Translations under genes and position numbers: made by a program | Source of the DNA: an uncultured Chloroflexia bacterium | Lineage (GTDB): Bacteria > Chloroflexota > Anaerolineae > Anaerolineales > Anaerolineaceae | DNA length: 64,000 nt | NCBI GenBank assembly: GCA_963741015.1 | Contig: CAVUGP010000004.1 | Coordinates: forward strand, 32,025-96,024 | Direction of reading: 5' to 3' | Part shown: positions 58,700 through 64,000 of the stretch, piece by piece | Numbering within the stretch: position 1 is the stretch's first letter | How the letters are laid out: each line of letters begins with the position of its first letter | Notes under the pieces: model-generated | Told to the model about the DNA's origin: nothing | Seen by the model: only the letters and a program-made list of their open reading frames with translations | Databases searched by the model: none

Positions 58700-58876
58700 G
58701 GTAAATAAACTCCTTTGCGTTTTAGCCTCCGCCTCCTTCTTTGCTTGTCCTTAACCCATTATATGGGCACGCAGGACAAATCCGGAAGCGTGTGAAATAG
58801 TCTGTCAGACCTTCTGACAGCCGAATTAGTATATCATATCGGGAATGAAAAGGGAATAGGGGGTTTGTCGAATCTT

Positions 58877-59746
58877 TCACTTTTTCCGTTTCGGGATGGG
58901 AAACAGCATGCGTGTTTCCTTCCGATACGCTGCGTAATTCTCTTTATAAGATGCCAGGTGTTTATCGGCCAGCGGGATGCTGATGAACAGGAACAGGCAG
59001 GTATTGGCCAGCGCGCCCGCTCCAAGATACCAGAGGTCCGGATAGATGGAAAGCAAGACCAGGTAAACGCCCCACCAAACACTGATCTCCCCAAGGTAGT
59101 TCGGATGTCGGGAATATTTCCATAAGCCGGTCCGGATAAGCTGCGCCTTGCTCCGCCGTGTTTTACGGAACTGCTGCATCTGGTGGTCCGCCACAAGTTC
59201 CAGCAAGGTACCGCCAAAGATCACGGCAATCCCCAAAATAACGCCAAAATTCATCCCGCCCCCACGCACAAGGTAATAAAACCCCGGAAGAAGACAGGCA
59301 TAGACAATCAGGGTGGGCATGATCTGGATCCCGAATAAACTGACCAGCGGGAAAAATCCCTTGCTTTGTTCCTTCAATTGGTCATAGCGCCAGTCCTGCT
59401 GATGCAAACCCGGAAAGGTGACCACCCAGTTGGCTGACAGCCGGGCACCCCAAAAGGCAACCGCCAAGATCAGTAATATTGAACCCGGGTCAGGATTTCC
59501 GATGAGAATTAATGTCAGGGTGAGTATGATGGGCGGTTGTACGCTCCAGTAGGGATCGTAAACAGAGGCGTTCCCGAGCAGCAAACTGGCAACCCAGATG
59601 AATAAGGTGGCAGCCAGATCGGCTATCAGTAAAGACAGCCAAAGCTGGGTTCGGAGCGCCTGGAAGACCCATATCCCCAGTAATGCTGCGCCGATATAAC
59701 ATAGCGTGATGATTAAGTAACTTTGGTGCCGTCTGGATGTTTTCAT
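58877..59746 (-). CDS. DUF1295/steroid 5-alpha-reductase-like membrane protein
   Basis: Polytopic, with C-terminal TGLWKYSRHPNYLGEISVWWG typical of DUF1295/ICMT-like proteins. Confidence 0.6.
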   Translation of the reverse strand: MKTSRRHQSYLIITLCYIGAALLGIWVFQALRTQLWLSLLIADLAATLFIWVASLLLGNASVYDPYWSVQPPIILTLTLILIGNPDPGSILLILAVAFWGARLSANWVVTFPGLHQQDWRYDQLKEQSKGFFPLVSLFGIQIMPTLIVYACLLPGFYYLVRGGGMNFGVILGIAVIFGGTLLELVADHQMQQFRKTRRSKAQLIRTGLWKYSRHPNYLGEISVWWGVYLVLLSIYPDLWYLGAGALANTCLFLFISIPLADKHLASYKENYAAYRKETRMLFPIPKRKK

Positions 59747-59919
59747 AATTAAATTATTTTATCATTTTATCCCTATAATCGAGAAATACTCTTTCTGTAA
59801 TCAAAAAAATGAAAAATTTTTAGGTCAAAATAAAAATACATTTTGGAAGCTTTCCTATGAATCCGAAAATAATAACGGTAAAATCAAAGTATTGGTTTGA
59901 ATTTTGTTCCAATTCAGGC

Positions 59920-59949
59920 TTGTTGAACTCTTGGCGTGCATGGTATAAT
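59920..59949 (+). promoter_or_regulatory. extended -10 promoter upstream of rplS
   Basis: TTGTTG/TTGAAC at 59920..59928 and TGgTATAAT at 59941..59949, about 55 nt before the rplS ATG. Confidence 0.45.
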
Positions 59950-60005
59950 CCCTCTTCGCGTCCGAAAGGCCGTGATATTTATCATTGGAAGAAAAGGAAC
60001 GTAAG

Positions 60006-60356
60006 ATGAACCAAGCGGAACTCTTAAAATCAGTTGAAGCACCTGTCAACGAGAACATCCCTGAACTGTTCCCCGGTGACGCAGTCAGCGTCCACCTCAA
60101 GATTAAAGAAGGTGATCGGGAACGCATCCAGGTTTTCAAAGGCACAGTCCTGTTCGTTACCGGCGGCACGAACGACGCAACCTTTACCGTCCGGCGCGTG
60201 GCCAGTAATGGGATCGGTGTTGAACGCACCTTCCTTGTGCGCTCACCCCGCATCCAGAAGGTCGAAGTCGAGCGCCATACCAAAATTCGACGAGCTCGTC
60301 TGTTCTTCCTCCGCGAACGGACCGGGAAAAGCGCCCGCCTCAAACAGCGTTTTTAG
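60006..60356 (+). CDS. rplS: 50S ribosomal protein L19
   Basis: PELFPGDAVSVHLKIKEGDRERIQVFKGTV...FTVRRVASNGIGVERTF...SPRIQKVEV. Preferred start is the ATG at 60006 (MNQAELLK). Confidence 0.95.
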   Translation: MNQAELLKSVEAPVNENIPELFPGDAVSVHLKIKEGDRERIQVFKGTVLFVTGGTNDATFTVRRVASNGIGVERTFLVRSPRIQKVEVERHTKIRRARLFFLRERTGKSARLKQRF

Positions 60357-60410
60357 AACTTTATCGTTCCGACGTCTTGCCGGCACGGATCACCTTCCAG
60401 CCGGCAATCC

Positions 60411-60477
60411 GCCTCATCAGAACTCAGCACCGGATTAAAATGATCGCTGTTGATTCCTGGTGAGGCCTTTTTATTTT
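60411..60477 (+). terminator. possible terminator after rplS
   Basis: gcctcatcag...ctggtgaggc outer stem with a structured loop, followed by ctttttatttt. Confidence 0.4.
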
Positions 60478-60490
60478 CAGGGAACAACGC

Positions 60491-61222
60491 ATGGCAAATT
60501 CTTCACACCCCATCATCGGCATCACCGGCGGCCTGATGCAAACCCAGGCCGGTGCAATGGTTTGCCAGGTCGGACAGGCTTATGTTTCAGCGGTCACCCG
60601 GGCCGGCGGCCTACCCTTATTAATCCCAATTGGCATTGACGAACAAAACCTGGAAGATCTGATCGATACAGTAAATGGTCTTCTGCTCACCGGCGGTGGT
60701 GACATCGACCCGGTGCATTTCAACGGCGACCCACATTCCAAAATATATGGTGTTTCCCCTGAACGCGACCGGTTGGAATTTGCCCTTATAGAAGCAGCGG
60801 TAAAGAACCACTTACCTTTTCTGGCAATCTGCCGTGGGATCCAGGTATTGAATGTGGTCTTTGGCGGTACGCTTTATACACACATCCACGACCAGGTTGA
60901 GGACGCGTTGAAACATGATTGGTTTCCAGGCTATCCCCGGGATAAGGTCGCCCATACGGTCAGTTTGACATGCGACAGCCTGTTGCATGTTATCTTTGGA
61001 ACGGACGATATCCCGGTGAACAGTTTGCACCATCAAGGTGTTGCAAAGGTCGGGAAAGGATTGGAAGCTATTGCCTTTGCACCGGACGGACTTGTGGAAG
61101 GCCTGGTCGTCAAGGGCGAAAAGTTCGCACTGGGCGTCCAGTGGCATCCCGAGTGTCTTCCCGACGATCCGGGCATGCAAAAATTGTTCAGTAAATTTAT
61201 TGATTCATGCAGGACTTCATAG
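60491..61222 (+). CDS. class I glutamine amidotransferase-like, gamma-glutamyl-GABA hydrolase (peptidase C26) family
   Basis: LLLTGGGDIDP, PFLAICRGIQVLN (nucleophile Cys) and GVQWHPE. Confidence 0.8.
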   Translation: MANSSHPIIGITGGLMQTQAGAMVCQVGQAYVSAVTRAGGLPLLIPIGIDEQNLEDLIDTVNGLLLTGGGDIDPVHFNGDPHSKIYGVSPERDRLEFALIEAAVKNHLPFLAICRGIQVLNVVFGGTLYTHIHDQVEDALKHDWFPGYPRDKVAHTVSLTCDSLLHVIFGTDDIPVNSLHHQGVAKVGKGLEAIAFAPDGLVEGLVVKGEKFALGVQWHPECLPDDPGMQKLFSKFIDSCRTS

Positions 61223-61322
61223 AAAACCCTGGGATGGTTCTACGCATTCAGAAGTCAAAATAAAAACCACTTTCAATGTTAGAATGGACTTTCAGATCAC
61301 CAAACCTGAAGGAGTGTGAGCG

Positions 61323-62339
61323 ATGAAAATCTTGATCACAGGTGGAGCCGGTTATATCGGAAGCACGATCTGCTCGGCACTTAAGGACCATGGACACACA
61401 CCGATCATCCTCAATTCACTGGTGACAGGTCGGGAAGAATTCACCAAAGGTTACATTTTTTACAAAGCGGATATCGCCGATAAGGACGCCGTGCGCCAGG
61501 TCTTCAGTGACCATCCGGATATCTTTGCGACCATCCACTGCGCAGCTCTGATCGTGGTGCCCGAATCGGTCTCCAGGCCGTATGACTATTACCGCGAGAA
61601 TGTGGTCAAATCGATGGATTTCTTCTACCAGTTGGCGGAACTGGGTCATCCTCGGTTAGTCTTCAGTTCATCGGCCGCCATCTATGACGTAGTCCCCGGG
61701 TTCATGGTAACTGAAAAATCGCCTCTCAAACCGAACAGTCCCTATTCCCGCACTAAATACATGATGGAAATGATCCTGCAGGATTTCACTCATGCCTATG
61801 ATCTCGAAGGGATCGCTTTACGATATTTCAACCCCATCGGCGCAGACCCCCAAATGCGCTCCGGAATGCACATCAAAGAACCCAGCCACATCCTGGGCAA
61901 ACTGGTGTCTGTGGCTTTAGGTGAAGAACCTGTTTTCAATATCACCGGTACCGACTGGCCAACTCGTGATGGTACGGGTCTCCGGGATTACGTCCATGTA
62001 TGGGATTTGGCGCTCGCACATGTCAAAGCCGTCGAGATGTTTGACGAAGTTATACAAACTGCCCCTGACCCAGCAACGCCTTATGTCGTCATCAACTTGG
62101 GAACCGGCAAAGGCGTGACCGTGCGGGAGATGGTTGAAGCTTTCGAAAAGGTTTATGGCCAGAAGATTAACAAACAGGAAATGCCCCCGCGTCCCGGTGA
62201 TGTTGCCGGTGCGTATGCCAACGCCGATAAAGCGCTTGAACTTCTTGGATGGGAAGCCGGTTTACCCATCGAAAAGGGGATCGAGGATGCTTTGAAATGG
62301 GGTGAAATTCGAGATACGATCCTGGATTTCAAAGAGTAA
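61323..62339 (+). CDS. galE: UDP-glucose 4-epimerase
   Basis: ILITGGAGYIGS, SSSAAIY, YSRTK, LRYFNPIGA and RDYVHVWDLA. Confidence 0.85.
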   Translation: MKILITGGAGYIGSTICSALKDHGHTPIILNSLVTGREEFTKGYIFYKADIADKDAVRQVFSDHPDIFATIHCAALIVVPESVSRPYDYYRENVVKSMDFFYQLAELGHPRLVFSSSAAIYDVVPGFMVTEKSPLKPNSPYSRTKYMMEMILQDFTHAYDLEGIALRYFNPIGADPQMRSGMHIKEPSHILGKLVSVALGEEPVFNITGTDWPTRDGTGLRDYVHVWDLALAHVKAVEMFDEVIQTAPDPATPYVVINLGTGKGVTVREMVEAFEKVYGQKINKQEMPPRPGDVAGAYANADKALELLGWEAGLPIEKGIEDALKWGEIRDTILDFKE

Positions 62340-62385
62340 GGTCTTCCTTAACCCAGACCATCAAATAATTATTGAAGTAAAGATA

Positions 62386-62424
62386 GGTTCCGGAGGATTA
62401 AATCTTCCGGAACCTTTTTATTTT
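62386..62424 (+). terminator. intrinsic terminator after galE
   Basis: ggttccgga-(11 nt)-tccggaacc followed by tttttatttt. Confidence 0.65.
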
Positions 62425-62500
62425 AATACCCTCATTTTTGACATTCGGACAGAATTAAAATTTTTTTATTAAATCCTTTTTACAACGTCATCGTATTATT

Positions 62501-63394
62501 TCAATCCCCTTCAATGATCGCCATCTGGATCGCGGTGAGGTGCTCGGCCAGGACACCCATCAGGAACGAGATCACCCCAAGGACGAACAGGATCACGCTT
62601 GAATTTGGGATATAGAGTCGATTCACCTGAACAATGCTGATGACCATTCCGATCAAACCCAAAACGAATGAAGCTATCGTCACAGGGACGAAGACCCGCA
62701 TCGGTTCAAACAACAGGATGATCTTGAAAATGATCGTTGTGAACCGGAATCCGTCCCGGAACAGCCTGATCTTGCTTGCGCCAGCCTGGCGCGGGCGGAT
62801 ATTTATCGGCACGTACTTGATGTTGTAACCACCTTTAAGCAGCGCAAGCGTGCTTGTGGTGGGATAGGAGAACCGCTGTGGAAAAAGGTGATAGAACTTT
62901 TTCACCACTTCAGCCCGGAAAATTCTGTAACCGGAGGTGAGATCCTCGATCTTGAAACCGGTCAGGGAAGAGGCGAGCTGATTATAGAATTTATTTGCCA
63001 GGTTACGGTACCAGCTGCCATCATTCTTGAATGGACGGGCCCCCACAACAAGGTCATATTCATCCAAGTACGGCAGCATCTTCAAGATATCTTCAGGATC
63101 ATGCTGCCCGTCGATATCCATGCAGACGATATAGTCGCCAGAGGCCACCTTGATCCCGGTCTTGATCGCAGCACCATTACCCTTATTATATGGATGGTGT
63201 ACCACCTTTAGTGACTGCGGAAATTCCGATTCCATTTCCTTTAGCACTGCAAAGCTGTTGTCGGATGAACCATCATCCACTGCCACCACTTCCCAATCCA
63301 GATCCTTCTGAACGAAAACCTCAATGATCTTCCCAATCGTAACCGGGATGATTGTTTCCTCGTTATAAACCGGCAGGACAACTGAATATTTCAT
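62501..63394 (-). CDS. GT2 polyprenyl-phosphate glycosyltransferase (GtrB/DPM1/CsbB-like)
   Basis: YSVVLPVYNEE, VVAVDDGSSDNS and MDIDGQHDP, plus two C-terminal TM helices. Preferred start is the ATG at 63394. Confidence 0.8.
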   Translation of the reverse strand: MKYSVVLPVYNEETIIPVTIGKIIEVFVQKDLDWEVVAVDDGSSDNSFAVLKEMESEFPQSLKVVHHPYNKGNGAAIKTGIKVASGDYIVCMDIDGQHDPEDILKMLPYLDEYDLVVGARPFKNDGSWYRNLANKFYNQLASSLTGFKIEDLTSGYRIFRAEVVKKFYHLFPQRFSYPTTSTLALLKGGYNIKYVPINIRPRQAGASKIRLFRDGFRFTTIIFKIILLFEPMRVFVPVTIASFVLGLIGMVISIVQVNRLYIPNSSVILFVLGVISFLMGVLAEHLTAIQMAIIEGD

Positions 63395-63410
63395 GGTATC
63401 GCCTCGTATT

Positions 63411-63989
63411 TTACTTTTCAACTTGAAACGGGCAGATCAGGTAAAGCGGAAGGAAAGGACTTGGAAACCGGAGGGTACGTTCCAATGAAAACCCATTTTG
63501 GGAAATTATCTGCCGTAATTCAGACGCATTATGCTTGTGGTAGTCATGATATTTATTGTAACCGACCAGGGTCCTGCCAAATTTGTATAATGTTGATTCC
63601 ATTGGCCCTGACATGATCAATTTCCCACCAATTTTTAATTTCCGGGCAAACAGATGGGTGTAACTTTCCGGATCATCCAAATGTTCCATTACTTCAATTG
63701 CAAAGATCAGGTCCAGAAAATCATCAGGTAAAGACGAAAGGTCATCCAGGAAAGTTACCGAAAGATCCAGCTCTCGGGCTAACTCCTGAGCATATTGTGG
63801 AAATAAATCCACCGCATAGACTTGGGCTACATGTTGTGTCAAAGTTGGTAAAAAAACGCCGATCCCACAGCCGAATTCACAGACTACCATATCGGTTTTA
63901 AGATGCGCCAATCGATAGACAACATCATACCTGGTCCAAAACATTGCACGGACGAAGGGATTTTTGTTGAGGTAGGAAGGAATTGCCAT
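63411..63989 (-). CDS. class I SAM-dependent methyltransferase
   Basis: VCEFGCGIGVFL motif I and IFAIEVMEHLDDP. 192 aa. Sits upstream of the GT2 gene on the same strand. Confidence 0.7.
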   Translation of the reverse strand: MAIPSYLNKNPFVRAMFWTRYDVVYRLAHLKTDMVVCEFGCGIGVFLPTLTQHVAQVYAVDLFPQYAQELARELDLSVTFLDDLSSLPDDFLDLIFAIEVMEHLDDPESYTHLFARKLKIGGKLIMSGPMESTLYKFGRTLVGYNKYHDYHKHNASELRQIISQNGFSLERTLRFPSPFLPLYLICPFQVEK

Positions 63990-64000
63990 CTCCGCTTGAT

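Noticed and set aside
58700-58876. Candidate rpsB leader/promoter (a TATAAT-like element on the minus strand and the hairpin ctgtcaga..tctgacag near 58800..58822), and a possible L19 leader upstream of rplS.
   Set aside because: Spacing to plausible -35 elements is ambiguous. I cannot verify similarity to known S2 or L19 autoregulatory leaders without a covariance-model search (Rfam).

Overview
This is a 64-kb stretch of a moderately GC-rich bacterial chromosome. Many lipoproteins carry Thr/Pro-rich linkers, and together with a DUF3048 protein and a short EF-Ts this is reminiscent of Chloroflexota/Anaerolineae-type monoderms. That phylum call is a guess and cannot be verified without a database search.

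Gene content, left to right:
- 0.2-23.8 kb: one continuous minus-strand cell-surface glycan locus. It holds GT2, GT4 and GT-A glycosyltransferases, two methyltransferases, an SpsF-type cytidylyltransferase, a NeuB-family synthase, an RmlD-like reductase, a PseB-type dehydratase, a radical SAM/SPASM enzyme, a KpsC/KpsS-like protein, a Wzm/Wzt ABC exporter, fcl, a MarR-EPS regulator and three large polytopic membrane proteins.
- 24.4-26.1 kb: a divergent acyltransferase plus CDP-alcohol phosphatidyltransferase pair.
- 26-32 kb: an SbcD-like nuclease, tRNA-Asn, an ANT(6)-like nucleotidyltransferase, zur-znuACB and a small cytochrome-c-like lipoprotein.
- 32-45 kb: frr-uppS-cdsA, a DUF3048 lipoprotein and a LacI-controlled xylo-oligosaccharide locus (ABC transporter, GH8, GH3).
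- 45-54.8 kb: broken NTF2/SDR/FAD-oxidoreductase genes, a roughly 2-kb strongly AT-rich island with decayed ORFs, a phoA 3' fragment, an LRR lipoprotein, intact phoA and a second sulfatase-like membrane protein.
- 55-64 kb: an esterase, tRNA-Arg, pyrH-tsf-rpsB, a DUF1295 protein, rplS, an amidotransferase, galE and the start of another glycan cluster.

No rRNA, CRISPR array, transposase, integrase or recognisable defence system was seen.

The most notable observations are:
1. An unusual nonulosonic-acid/KpsCS/ABC/GT-C glycan locus sits next to a PIM-like phospholipid triad.
2. At least 10 frame disruptions occur in otherwise recognisable genes, many at short homopolymers.
3. A mosaic region at 47.9-52.3 kb combines a diverged duplicate, the AT-rich island and a duplicated phoA fragment.
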